From: a virus
Lineage: Duplodnaviria > Caudoviricetes
Direction: 5' to 3' (one strand)
IMG/VR virus record: IMGVR_UViG_3300047557_002741
Coordinates: 1-64,000 of that record
DNA: 64,000 nt
Shown here: positions 46,338 to 54,518 of the stretch, piece by piece
Numbering within the stretch: the stretch's first letter is position 1
Layout of the letters: every line of letters begins with the position of its first letter
The notes under the pieces: model-generated
Databases searched by the model: none
Seen by the model: only the letters and a program-made list of their open reading frames with translations
Told to the model about the DNA's origin: nothing
Translations under genes and position numbers: made by a program

Positions 46338-47854
46338 TCACCCGATAGTTGGAGCAGTCAAGGCAACAGGCGTTGCTTCAACTGATGCAAGGTCTAGGGG
46401 GAAGTTGTGAGCATTCCTTTTGTTTTAACCTCTGTCGCCAGAGGGAGCGGACTATATCATCACTCATAAGAGTGTCGGACGCTAGTGGCGTATTACGGAT
46501 GAAGCGTCATCCACCGCCTAGTCTCTGAACCTTCCTTACACGCTTGCAAGGCTTGGCTGCTGATTGTCTACAAGAGAGTTCCAGCAATTCATCCGATTTA
46601 ACGAGCGCCATGCGTTCACAAAACGCTCGTGCATTACTTCAAAACCAAGATTTGCTCGGTTAAGAATGTCAGCCCAGGTATTAATCACACGACCATCAGA
46701 TGATAGAAGTGATTGATTAAAGTTAAAACCGTTACTCTGTTTCCTTAAATTTACCATCTTTAAGGAGAGGACTATATCTTCATCCCAGTAGGATGTTGGG
46801 CGCTAGTATCGTATTACATTCCACGCTTGGAAAACCGACTAGTCTCTGAACCTTTCCAAGAAGCGTCTTGGACTTGGCTGCTGATTACCCATTTATGGAG
46901 GGCTTCCAGCAATTCACCCAAAGTTTACCGTCAAATTGCTAAGACGGGACCCCGACGATTGAGGTTAAAAGCCATCGTGGAAACACCAAGAGCAGCAAAC
47001 CAGATTCCAACTACAGGCCAAGCAGCAAGGAAGAAGTGTAGCGAACGAGAGTTGTTGAACGTGGCGTATTGGAAGATCAGGCGACCGAAGTAACCGTGGG
47101 CAGCCAAGATGTTGTAGGTCTCTTCTTCTTGACCGAACTTGTATCCATAGTTCTGTGACTCGTTCTCAGTAGTTTCACGAACCAGTGAAGAAGTCACCAG
47201 TGAACCGTGCATAGCACTGAAAAGTGAACCACCGAACACACCAGCAACTCCAAGCATGTGGAAGGGGTGCATCAGGATATTGTGTTCTGCTTGGAAGACA
47301 AGCATGTAGTTGAACGTACCAGAGATACCCAGAGGCATCGCATCAGAGAAAGAACCTTGACCGAAAGGATAGACCAGGAACACTGCACTCGCAGCAGCAA
47401 CAGGTGCGCTATAAGCAACGCAGATCCAAGGACGCATACCAAGACGATAAGAAAGTTCCCACTCACGACCCATATAGGCGTAAATACCAATCAGAAAGTG
47501 GAACACAACAAGTTGGAATGGACCACCGTTATAGAGCCACTCATCAAGAGAAGCAGCTTCCCAGATAGGATAAAAGTGCAGTCCAATTGCGTTGGACGAA
47601 GGAATTACAGCACCAGAGATGATGTTGTTTCCGTACATGAGTGAACCAGATACAGGTTCACGGATACCATCAATGTCCACAGGAGGAGCACCGATGAATG
47701 CGATGATGAAACAAGTCGTAGCAGCAAGTAAGCAAGGAATCATGAGAACTCCGAACCAACCGACATAAAGACGGTTATCGGTTGAAGTTACCCACTGGCA
47801 GAATTGTTCCCAGAGGTTTTCGCCAGAACGGCGTGAAGCGATTGAAGCAGTCAT
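46338..47854 (-). CDS. psbA: Photosystem II D1 protein; exons 47854-46962, 46734-46623 and 46415-46338 (360 aa spliced)
   Basis: Joined exons (893+112+78 nt) restore [14 protein letters not shown] and [16 protein letters not shown] in frame. Confidence 0.97.
46416..46622 (-). mobile_element. Group I intron 2 in psbA (207 nt, after standard codon R334)
   Basis: Upstream exon ends in U, intron ends in G; P1 GAGCGU/GCGCUC; core AATTGCTGGAA, AATCAGCAGCC, GTTCAGAGACTAG, ATATAGTCC. Confidence 0.93.
46735..46961 (-). mobile_element. Group I intron 1 in psbA (227 nt, within standard codon L297)
   Basis: Upstream exon ends AACCU, intron ends in G; P1 ACCUC/GGGGU; same P/Q/R/S core elements as intron 2. 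Confidence 0.92.
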
Positions 47855-47970
47855 TTGTTTTAAAAGAGTAGTAAGACCATCAGGGAAATGGTGGAGTTAC
47901 TATTTCTCAGTACCCTTAACTGAGATATGAGAGACGTAATTTATACACCCATAGGTCTCGGTTAACGGGT
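47855..47970 (-). ncRNA. Structured psbA 5' leader resembling the PhotoRC-II RNA motif
   Basis: Stems GAGAC/GTCTC, TCTCAGT/ACTGAGA and ACCAT/ATGGT with potential AGGG/CCCT pairing, upstream of phage psbA. Confidence 0.6.
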
Positions 47971-48017
47971 GTTTAACAATGTTAAGATTTATGAGAAATC
48001 CGTAACATTTGTTTACC

Positions 48018-48051
48018 TATTTATCATACTACGGTTTGCCGCCTGTGTCAA
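48018..48051 (-). promoter_or_regulatory. psbA promoter: sigma70 element with overlapping late-like GATAAATA
   Basis: TTGACA-N17-TATGAT-AAATA. Confidence 0.75.
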
Positions 48052-48098
48052 CCACCTTTATCCTGCTAAATAAGAATAGTGTTTATCACAACAAGAAA

Positions 48099-48590
48099 AT
48101 GAAAAGACTTCTATTAGCCTTTTCGTTATTCTTTACCATTCCAGTTAATGCTGCTGAAATTACATCAAGAATTACTGATTCCGTCCAATTAAAAGTTGAT
48201 GGTGCTGCGATTCAATCTACAAGAATTGGTAGTTCATACTCAGCATCAGGAACGAATATTAAAGTAACTACACTCGGTGGAGTTGGTTCTGGTTCCGCAA
48301 CAACCCCAGCATCTATCACTGACGGAACTTATGAAATCAATACTGATGGACAAGCATTCACATTTTCAGAAACTGCTGCCATCGGTGATGTACCAGTAAC
48401 CTCTCAAACTGTTACTAATGGTGTTGTTGGTTCGCCAAATCTTTATGGTGATAGTATCACTCAACCAGGTGGAGATAAAGGTTCACTCGCAGGAACTCTC
48501 TCTGCCACAGGTGTTCCTACTGTTACTGCTGGTGGTGCTGGTACTACTGCTACAGGACAACGTAGTATTGAACTGAGCGTATTCAAATGA
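48099..48590 (+). CDS. Secreted beta-rich hypothetical protein (operon gene 1)
   Basis: Signal peptide MKRLLLAFSLFFTIPVNA; Thr/Gly-rich. Confidence 0.75.
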   Translation: MKRLLLAFSLFFTIPVNAAEITSRITDSVQLKVDGAAIQSTRIGSSYSASGTNIKVTTLGGVGSGSATTPASITDGTYEINTDGQAFTFSETAAIGDVPVTSQTVTNGVVGSPNLYGDSITQPGGDKGSLAGTLSATGVPTVTAGGAGTTATGQRSIELSVFK

Positions 48591-48946
48591 AAAATATCCT
48601 AGCAGGGTTGCTCCTGCTAGGGTTTTCTTGTCCTGCCCTAGCTGAAAGTGTTGTGCCTAATTTTACTAGGGGTACAATCAATGCAACCACAGAATCAACT
48701 ACAAAAGTAATAGAAACAATTCGTCAAGTTGAATATACAACTGGCGAATCGTATACTGTAACTGGAACTAACATTAACATTCCTGGTGTACCTCAGCGGG
48801 GTGCTGGGTATTCAATTATGACTCAAGGTGCTCCATTCCAGTTTTCAGAAACCTACCTTGGCCCTGGAGTGGCAAAAGAGACATGGATAGATCGCACCAC
48901 AGAAACTCAATCAACCACTACATCAATTTCTGTCTTTACGCAATAA
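48587..48946 (+). CDS. Secreted beta-rich hypothetical protein (gene 2, distant paralog of gene 1)
   Basis: Signal peptide ending PALA; GAPFQFSET versus GQAFTFSET in gene 1. Confidence 0.75.
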   Translation: MKNILAGLLLLGFSCPALAESVVPNFTRGTINATTESTTKVIETIRQVEYTTGESYTVTGTNINIPGVPQRGAGYSIMTQGAPFQFSETYLGPGVAKETWIDRTTETQSTTTSISVFTQ

Positions 48947-49452
48947 TTTCAACAGGGACTGCATTTGCACAAAGCACTCCCGCTCCTTCTAATACTAATA
49001 TTGCTGGTCCTTCTGCATCTGCTACTGGTAACGTAACAAACCAGGCGGTTCAGGTATTACAAGGTCCTTATGCTTTAAATACTTATGGTGGTGGAGTTAG
49101 TTGTCAAGGAGCAACATTCAGTATCTCCCCGTTTTTAATGCATAGTGGCAATAATAGTGATGATCCAGAAAGTTTTGCTTCAAGAAATGGTAACTGGGGA
49201 ATTTCTGCTGGTTTGAATATTCCATTGGATGTGAATCTAATGGACTTGTGCAGAAAAAGAGCAGCAACTGAAATTGCCAGACAGCAAGCAGAAACTGATA
49301 AAGCAAGATTAGATTTTGAATTAGTTAGATTATTAAAATGCGGTGAGGCGATTAAGACAGGAATTACATTTCATCCCGATAGTCCATACTACAAAATCTG
49401 TGCTGACGTAGTTGTGAGGTATCCAAATGGAACCAATACAACAACTAAGTAG
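48883..49452 (+). CDS. Secreted/outer-membrane hypothetical protein (gene 3)
   Basis: Signal-like TAFA; amphipathic beta-hairpin, four mature-region Cys, helical tail; start uncertain. Confidence 0.65.
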   Translation: MDRSHHRNSINHYINFCLYAIISTGTAFAQSTPAPSNTNIAGPSASATGNVTNQAVQVLQGPYALNTYGGGVSCQGATFSISPFLMHSGNNSDDPESFASRNGNWGISAGLNIPLDVNLMDLCRKRAATEIARQQAETDKARLDFELVRLLKCGEAIKTGITFHPDSPYYKICADVVVRYPNGTNTTTK

Positions 49453-50284
49453 TACTAATATAACCACAATAAAGTCCGAAATACCAAAAATTGGTATTAG
49501 TGGTCCAAGTATTATTCCAAAAATAGAACCACCAATATCACAAAGTATAGATGCTCCAGTGACTAAAGGATTGGCATTACCAGTGTTTGAAATGCCAAGT
49601 CCAAAAATTCCTTATCCTGTAATTAATGTACCAACACAAGAAGAATTTGATGCTGCTGTAAAAGCAGATCGTGAAAAACAACAGCAGGAAGAAAAACCAA
49701 AAGAAAGAGGATTACCAGATACTAAACCACCAGAACTTCCACCTGCTGTTCAACAATTAACTCAACAACCACAAACTCCAATAGCAGAAATACCTGCAGA
49801 TAAACCAACTACACCAACCTTTACTATCAGTGGAATCGATATTAATTTACCTGATCCTTCTCTTGTTGCTACGGCTGGTGCTGTCGCAGTAGTAACTACT
49901 GCGGCAACAATGGTATCTACAACAGTTTTGAATGTAGTTAAAAATGCAGCGGAACCAATCATCAAAGAAGCAACAAAGAATAAGTTTAAGATTAAAATCA
50001 AACAAGTCAAACCAGTTTTGCATTACGTCCTAGCAGAAGGTGGGCACATTGATATCTTCGAATACTCTTCCGAAGGAACTCGTCTAATAGAACAAGTAAC
50101 TAATGTAGAACAATATATCCGCGATCAAGTCGAAATCAATGCTCTCTATGAGATTGATAATAAAATTATTATTGATGATATTATCAAAGATAAATTCACA
50201 AAAGAAGGCAAAGAAAGATTTAAGTCTCTCTTTGCCCCCGCTAAAAAGATTGCTAAAAAATTATCTGCTAAGTTTTCAATCTGA
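49427..50284 (+). CDS. Pro-rich membrane-anchored hypothetical protein (gene 4)
   Basis: Pro-rich N-terminal half, hydrophobic ATAGAVAVVTTAATMV segment. Confidence 0.7.
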   Translation: MEPIQQLSSTNITTIKSEIPKIGISGPSIIPKIEPPISQSIDAPVTKGLALPVFEMPSPKIPYPVINVPTQEEFDAAVKADREKQQQEEKPKERGLPDTKPPELPPAVQQLTQQPQTPIAEIPADKPTTPTFTISGIDINLPDPSLVATAGAVAVVTTAATMVSTTVLNVVKNAAEPIIKEATKNKFKIKIKQVKPVLHYVLAEGGHIDIFEYSSEGTRLIEQVTNVEQYIRDQVEINALYEIDNKIIIDDIIKDKFTKEGKERFKSLFAPAKKIAKKLSAKFSI

Positions 50285-50410
50285 AGTAAATTTAGAAATA
50301 ATCCACACAACAATCACTGCTGGCAATTGAACTAAAACATTATAAAGAATTTCTAGAAAAATATTATCCTTTTCTTCTTTACGCTTTTCTTTTGTTGGTG
50401 CCGTTGTCAT
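50276..50410 (-). CDS. 44-aa membrane peptide
   Basis: Read manually: MTTAPTKEKRKEEKDNIFLEILYNVLVQLPAVIVVWIISKFTSD. Confidence 0.5.
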   Translation of the reverse strand: MTTAPTKEKRKEEKDNIFLEILYNVLVQLPAVIVVWIISKFTSD

Positions 50411-50618
50411 TTTGTAACAACTTAAACAAATCCTTACTATTTAACAAATTAGTATCAAATTGTAAAGATTTTTTACGCCCTCTTCGTGCGGGTCTCCTAA
50501 CAAAACGTATAACCTCTGGCGGTTGACGTTTAGGTATAGGTCTTCTATTCTCAAGCATTATCCCATCATTAGTTAATAGTCTTAGAACTATTAATACGTC
50601 TAAGATGAGAAGTTTCAT
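50379..50618 (-). CDS. Hypothetical basic protein
   Basis: 79-aa ORF coupled to the upstream nuclease. Confidence 0.5.
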   Translation of the reverse strand: MKLLILDVLIVLRLLTNDGIMLENRRPIPKRQPPEVIRFVRRPARRGRKKSLQFDTNLLNSKDLFKLLQNDNGTNKRKA

Positions 50619-51046
50619 TCTACAAGAGTTCCATTTCTTCTTCTGATTTCACGAAGAGGTTTCCAGTCTTTATCTTTTGTTCCGCCGTCATAAGCAAGAG
50701 CGTATCCTTCAGTAATCATTTGATTATTCAAAGATACTTCTTCACCATTAATATAAAGATGTCCAATGATTCTACCATACTTTTCAGTAGAATCTGGAAG
50801 TTCTGTGCGAATAATGATGTCTTTTACCTCTTCCAAACGATGCTTCAACCAATTCTTTGCATCTAATCCAAGTGCTTTTTCTGCTTTGTCAGTTGTGCGA
50901 CTTTCTGGAGTATCAACGCCAGCAAGACGTATTCGCTTAGTAAGAGAAATATCGAAACCAAGGTCAATATCAGCATCGATTGTGTCACCATCAACTACTC
51001 TACTTACTGATTTGATTCTATAAACATAAGGATCTTTATCTGCCAT
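50615..51046 (-). CDS. Thermonuclease (SNase-like)
   Basis: VVDGDT...RIRL.GVDTPE...KYGR.I...N..M..EGYA. Confidence 0.85.
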   Translation of the reverse strand: MADKDPYVYRIKSVSRVVDGDTIDADIDLGFDISLTKRIRLAGVDTPESRTTDKAEKALGLDAKNWLKHRLEEVKDIIIRTELPDSTEKYGRIIGHLYINGEEVSLNNQMITEGYALAYDGGTKDKDWKPLREIRRRNGTLVE

Positions 51047-51258
51047 TAGAAAGGTAATCCGAACTTCTGAGTATTTAGTTTAGGAATAGGTAGTTTTTCA
51101 AATGCTTTAGAGACTTGTTTCTCTACAACAGCACCAACAAATTCTTCTGGATTATTAAGAATTGCTTCTGCTTTTTTATAAGTTACATAAGCACCATAAC
51201 AAAGTGCTCCGCTAATTGCCAGACTCGTCGCTGACAGAATGATTGCTAGATTCTTCAT
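51046..51258 (-). CDS. Small membrane protein
   Basis: N-terminal TM helix. Confidence 0.65.
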   Translation of the reverse strand: MKNLAIILSATSLAISGALCYGAYVTYKKAEAILNNPEEFVGAVVEKQVSKAFEKLPIPKLNTQKFGLPF

Positions 51259-51364
51259 TTTGCATCTCCTCGTGTGCTAACTTTAATATGTAGTAAATGA
51301 TGTATGCGGTGAAAGCAAGTCCGCAGGATAATATTATAACAACACCCCAAGGGAACTGATCCAT
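51212..51364 (-). CDS. 50-aa membrane peptide (MDQFPWGVVIILSCGLAFTAYIIYYIL...)
   Basis: ORF read manually; TGATG coupling. Confidence 0.55.
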   Translation of the reverse strand: MDQFPWGVVIILSCGLAFTAYIIYYILKLAHEEMQNEESSNHSVSDESGN

Positions 51365-52110
51365 CAATACTTACCTTCTGTACAATACTGGACTTTCTTA
51401 TTTGGATAATAAGGATACAAACCATCTTGGGGTTTCATCCATCCACATCCAATCAACCATTCTTTTGTGAGTGGAGTTGGAGTTACCTGTTCCCACAATG
51501 GACCTTGTGCTGCCATTTCAAGATACCTAGCAGTTTGATTGAGTTGCTCTTCTGCCCAGTTGGCATCTGCTTCCCAAGGAATAGCACGACTCTGCATCAT
51601 AGATTCATAAGTTAATCGTGTATTTTTCATTACCCAGGCAGGTATTTCACTATCTTGATGAACCTGTGCCATAAAAGAAGTTTTTAGTCCACCACCCATA
51701 GCATCTTGAACAACATGCCAACCTTCATGTCTTAAGGTTCCAAGAAATTCTCTTTCATCTTTCAATAGAGTTTCATTAATAAAGAACCGATTATAATTTG
51801 GTTTATAAAGACCAACTGTTCTTGGAGTGAAATATCTTTCTGGTGCGACATAAACAGGAACTTCAAGTTTATCCAGAGCAGTTACAATCCTAACTATTTC
51901 TTCTCTGAAAGGATCAAAATCCTGATCTTTTAAAAATTCAGATTCTGCAGATAACTTTTCAAGACCTTCTGTACATTCTAAAAGTATCATACAACCCATT
52001 GCCTCTGCACTGTAAGGTCTTACTGTAGGTTGTTTTGGTTCAAGTGAATTTGCTATTGCAGGAAGTGTTAAAGTTAAAGATAAACCGATTGTTGTGAGAA
52101 ATTTTTTCAT
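51364..52110 (-). CDS. Secreted zincin-like metallopeptidase
   Basis: Signal peptide; LRHEGWHVVQD and a downstream E.DA. Confidence 0.7.
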   Translation of the reverse strand: MKKFLTTIGLSLTLTLPAIANSLEPKQPTVRPYSAEAMGCMILLECTEGLEKLSAESEFLKDQDFDPFREEIVRIVTALDKLEVPVYVAPERYFTPRTVGLYKPNYNRFFINETLLKDEREFLGTLRHEGWHVVQDAMGGGLKTSFMAQVHQDSEIPAWVMKNTRLTYESMMQSRAIPWEADANWAEEQLNQTARYLEMAAQGPLWEQVTPTPLTKEWLIGCGWMKPQDGLYPYYPNKKVQYCTEGKY

Positions 52111-52307
52111 TCATCCCACCATCCTTCTTGTTTATGAATCCAGACTTTCAAATCTTTTACATATTTTCTCAAGATCTGGGCCTGTTCTTCATGCCAAAAA
52201 TCACCCGTCTCCATAAAAAGACGGGTGTGATTGTCTATGGCTTGGAGTATTTTATGGATTGGAGCATTCCAACACTCCCTCTTTGGAGTATTCCATTCTC
52301 TTGGCAT
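52107..52307 (-). CDS. Hypothetical cyanophage protein
   Basis: R..WNAPIH..L.AID.H...WH..QA..LR.YV..LK.WI. Confidence 0.65.
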   Translation of the reverse strand: MPREWNTPKRECWNAPIHKILQAIDNHTRLFMETGDFWHEEQAQILRKYVKDLKVWIHKQEGWWDE

Positions 52308-52411
52308 GGTACAACTAGTGAGTGTATTTCATTATAACGAAAATATTCAAGTTGGCATTCACCTGGAGAAATCTCAGTGTATCCAACAATCATAAAAGCG
52401 ATGAATCCCAT
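52235..52411 (-). CDS. 58-aa hypothetical protein (MGFIAFMIVGYTEISPGECQ...)
   Basis: ORF read manually; TGATG coupling. Confidence 0.45.
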   Translation of the reverse strand: MGFIAFMIVGYTEISPGECQLEYFRYNEIHSLVVPCQENGILQRGSVGMLQSIKYSKP

Positions 52412-52533
52412 CACTTTTTCTTACCACCATTCTTTGCCTTTTTGGCATTGGCATTACCAGAGTTCTGCTTCTTATTATTAGCAGACCCAGCACCACCAGA
52501 ACCTTTTTTACCTTTGTTAGCAGACTTTGCCAT
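52411..52533 (-). CDS. 40-aa Lys/Gly/Asn-rich basic peptide
   Basis: MAKSANKGKKGSGGAGSANNKKQNSGNANAKKAKNGGKKK; SD GAGGAG; TAATG and TGATG coupling. Confidence 0.65.
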   Translation of the reverse strand: MAKSANKGKKGSGGAGSANNKKQNSGNANAKKAKNGGKKK

Positions 52534-52958
52534 TAGAGATCTCCTCTTGAATAGGGTTTTTCTTCATCAACTTTTGCTTCTAAAGCTTCAACTCTTTCTT
52601 CAAGAGAAGTTTCTTCTTTATAACCAGTTTGGACCAATGGTTGTTCGACAGTTATTTCTTCAACTACTGCCTCTACTACTGGTTCTACTACTGCCTCTGT
52701 AGAAGGTGTTGGAGGTGTTTCTACAAACTCCTCTCTTTTTGCTTCAGTCTTTTTTTCATCATCATCATCTCCACCTTTCTTCATAGTATTAATTCCAAAA
52801 GTAGCAGCAGATGCAGTAAACACCGTTGCTATAAATGTTGGGTCCATCTTAGCAAGAGCACCAGCATAACTTGCCGTAAGAAGTGCGGCAGACCAACCCA
52901 AAATCGCAATACGAATAATTTGACTCATACAAGCTTCTTTTTTCTTTTGAGGGTCCAT
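52533..52958 (-). CDS. Holin-like membrane protein
   Basis: Two N-terminal hydrophobic segments, acidic tail, directly after the lysozyme. Confidence 0.5.
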   Translation of the reverse strand: MDPQKKKEACMSQIIRIAILGWSAALLTASYAGALAKMDPTFIATVFTASAATFGINTMKKGGDDDDEKKTEAKREEFVETPPTPSTEAVVEPVVEAVVEEITVEQPLVQTGYKEETSLEERVEALEAKVDEEKPYSRGDL

Positions 52959-52976
52959 TTTAGTGAGTTTGTAAGG

Positions 52977-53669
52977 TTAACCTTTTTTCCAAGCTTCACC
53001 TTCTGCCTTTCTTCTACGTGCTAAACCTGCTTCTACGTTAGACCCAGGATTGCGATAGAGATAAAGAGCATCGGGAACTAAATCCCACTCTTTATTTTTC
53101 AGGCGTTTAGTAATAGTATTAAAGTTATCACCGCCGTAAAAACCGGCACCAAGATTATAAGCAAAGCTGAGCAGAGCGCCTCTTTTTCCATCTGACATTT
53201 CACCCCAATGTGGAATTTTTCTTAGAGCAGGGAGGAACTGGTTCTTACACTGAGTAATTAACAATTCATCTGCTTCCGCTTGAGTGATTGAATCACCCAT
53301 TTGGAATGGTTGTCCATTTTTATCTCTTGTAGAACCCCAACCAATTGTAATTGGAAGTCCGCCTGTAAGAGGGTCGGGATATGCATTTAAATGACATCCT
53401 TCAAATTCTTTAATTAACTTAATTCCCATCATTGGCACATCATCACCACCCACTGGAGCAGGTGAAGAAGATGCTGCAGGAGCAGGAGAAGTTGATGTAG
53501 ATGCTACTGCAGCACTAGACTTTTTTCCACGATAGATTTCAGCCCAGTCTACATTATCTTCAAGAAACTTATTTGGTAAATGATCTTCTAACCACTGAAC
53601 TGCTTTAACGTGATTAGGATTTTTTTCATCATAAAATTTAAAAAAGTTATGTAAGTCAATTCTTGCCAT
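52977..53669 (-). CDS. Endolysin, GH24 lysozyme
   Basis: IKEFEG....Y.D....TIGWG.T...ALLSFAYNLG...GL.RRR.AE. Confidence 0.9.
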   Translation of the reverse strand: MARIDLHNFFKFYDEKNPNHVKAVQWLEDHLPNKFLEDNVDWAEIYRGKKSSAAVASTSTSPAPAASSSPAPVGGDDVPMMGIKLIKEFEGCHLNAYPDPLTGGLPITIGWGSTRDKNGQPFQMGDSITQAEADELLITQCKNQFLPALRKIPHWGEMSDGKRGALLSFAYNLGAGFYGGDNFNTITKRLKNKEWDLVPDALYLYRNPGSNVEAGLARRRKAEGEAWKKG

Positions 53670-53796
53670 GTTTTCCTCCGAAATACTTTTGATAAAGTTC
53701 GTTTGCTTCTTTATGTTTTCCGTTATTTGTAAGATCCTTAATTACTTTAAGCATCTTTCTTTTAAAATTAATCGAAGATTCTTCCCCACCCATCAT
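53656..53796 (-). CDS. Small protein bridging the two lysins (..MLKVIKDLTNNGKHKEANELYQKYFG..)
   Basis: ORF read manually; overlaps both neighbours; start uncertain. Confidence 0.45.
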   Translation of the reverse strand: MMGGEESSINFKRKMLKVIKDLTNNGKHKEANELYQKYFGGKHGKN

Positions 53797-54439
53797 TGCC
53801 TCCTGGACACCAACGGTGCTTAAGAACTGCTTTAGTGTAAATAGTTTTCTTACCGTTAGTCACAGGACCAGTATAATTATCATTTAAAGATCCATATGGA
53901 TCGTTAACAAAATATCCCTTTCCATCTGGAGTTTTGCCGATAACTACACACATGTGGCCACCAGTAGGATTAGATAAAGAGCCGCGGTGGAGAATACCAA
54001 TAACGACAGGTTTCCCAGCATCAAGGCTTTTATCAATATCAGCAAAAGAAAGATTGTAACTAAAATGAGACTTAACTCCATAACCAGCAAGAACTTTTGT
54101 CTGTACGGAGTGATCAGTCGTATCACCAATTGCGAATACTTTTTTAACGTATTCATCATCACCTTTGATGCTTCCTGGCTTGAGGAAAGCAAGGCACATA
54201 GCACACGATGAAGAGTTGCAAGTTCTATGTGCATCTCTGTAATTGTCTACTTGGTTGAAATAAGGAACTGCAAGAACTTCTGGAGTTGGTGGTTTTGTTC
54301 TAAAAATACCAACCCACTCAGTCTCTGAGTCATCCATAAATTCGGCAGGTAGATTATCTTCTAACCATTGAACTGCTGCTACATGATTCACATTACTATC
54401 ATCATAAAATTTGAAAAAGTTATGAAGATCTAGAGTCAT
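53768..54439 (-). CDS. Peptidase C39-like lysin
   Basis: VPYFNQ.D...C..SSCAM...GH..VVIG...VNDPYG. Confidence 0.85.
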   Translation of the reverse strand: MTLDLHNFFKFYDDSNVNHVAAVQWLEDNLPAEFMDDSETEWVGIFRTKPPTPEVLAVPYFNQVDNYRDAHRTCNSSSCAMCLAFLKPGSIKGDDEYVKKVFAIGDTTDHSVQTKVLAGYGVKSHFSYNLSFADIDKSLDAGKPVVIGILHRGSLSNPTGGHMCVVIGKTPDGKGYFVNDPYGSLNDNYTGPVTNGKKTIYTKAVLKHRWCPGGNDGWGRIFD

Positions 54440-54463
54440 TGAATATTACTTAAACACTGAAGA

Positions 54464-54471
54464 TATTTATA
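54464..54471 (-). promoter_or_regulatory. Late promoter TATAAATA of the lysis cassette
   Basis: Exact motif fused to the upstream terminator T-run. Confidence 0.75.
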
Positions 54472-54496
54472 AAAAAAGCGTCCTTTTGGACGCTTC
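54471..54496 (-). terminator. Intrinsic terminator after peroxiredoxin
   Basis: AAGCGTCC-AAAA-GGACGCTT followed by a T-run. Confidence 0.8.
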
Positions 54497-54518
54497 TTTG
54501 TTTATTTAAATTTAAATA

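Noticed and set aside
46536-46757. 73-aa ORF as an independent gene, and a 307-aa truncated psbA pseudogene
   Set aside because: Explained by psbA exon 2 plus intron sequence; splicing restores a complete D1
46931-47854. D1 as the microaerobic D1' isoform
   Set aside because: Only T286A of the three diagnostic changes is present; G80 and F186 are retained
48009-48098. N-terminal extension of the first plus-strand operon gene
   Set aside because: Overlaps the psbA promoter; the signal peptide begins at ATG 48099
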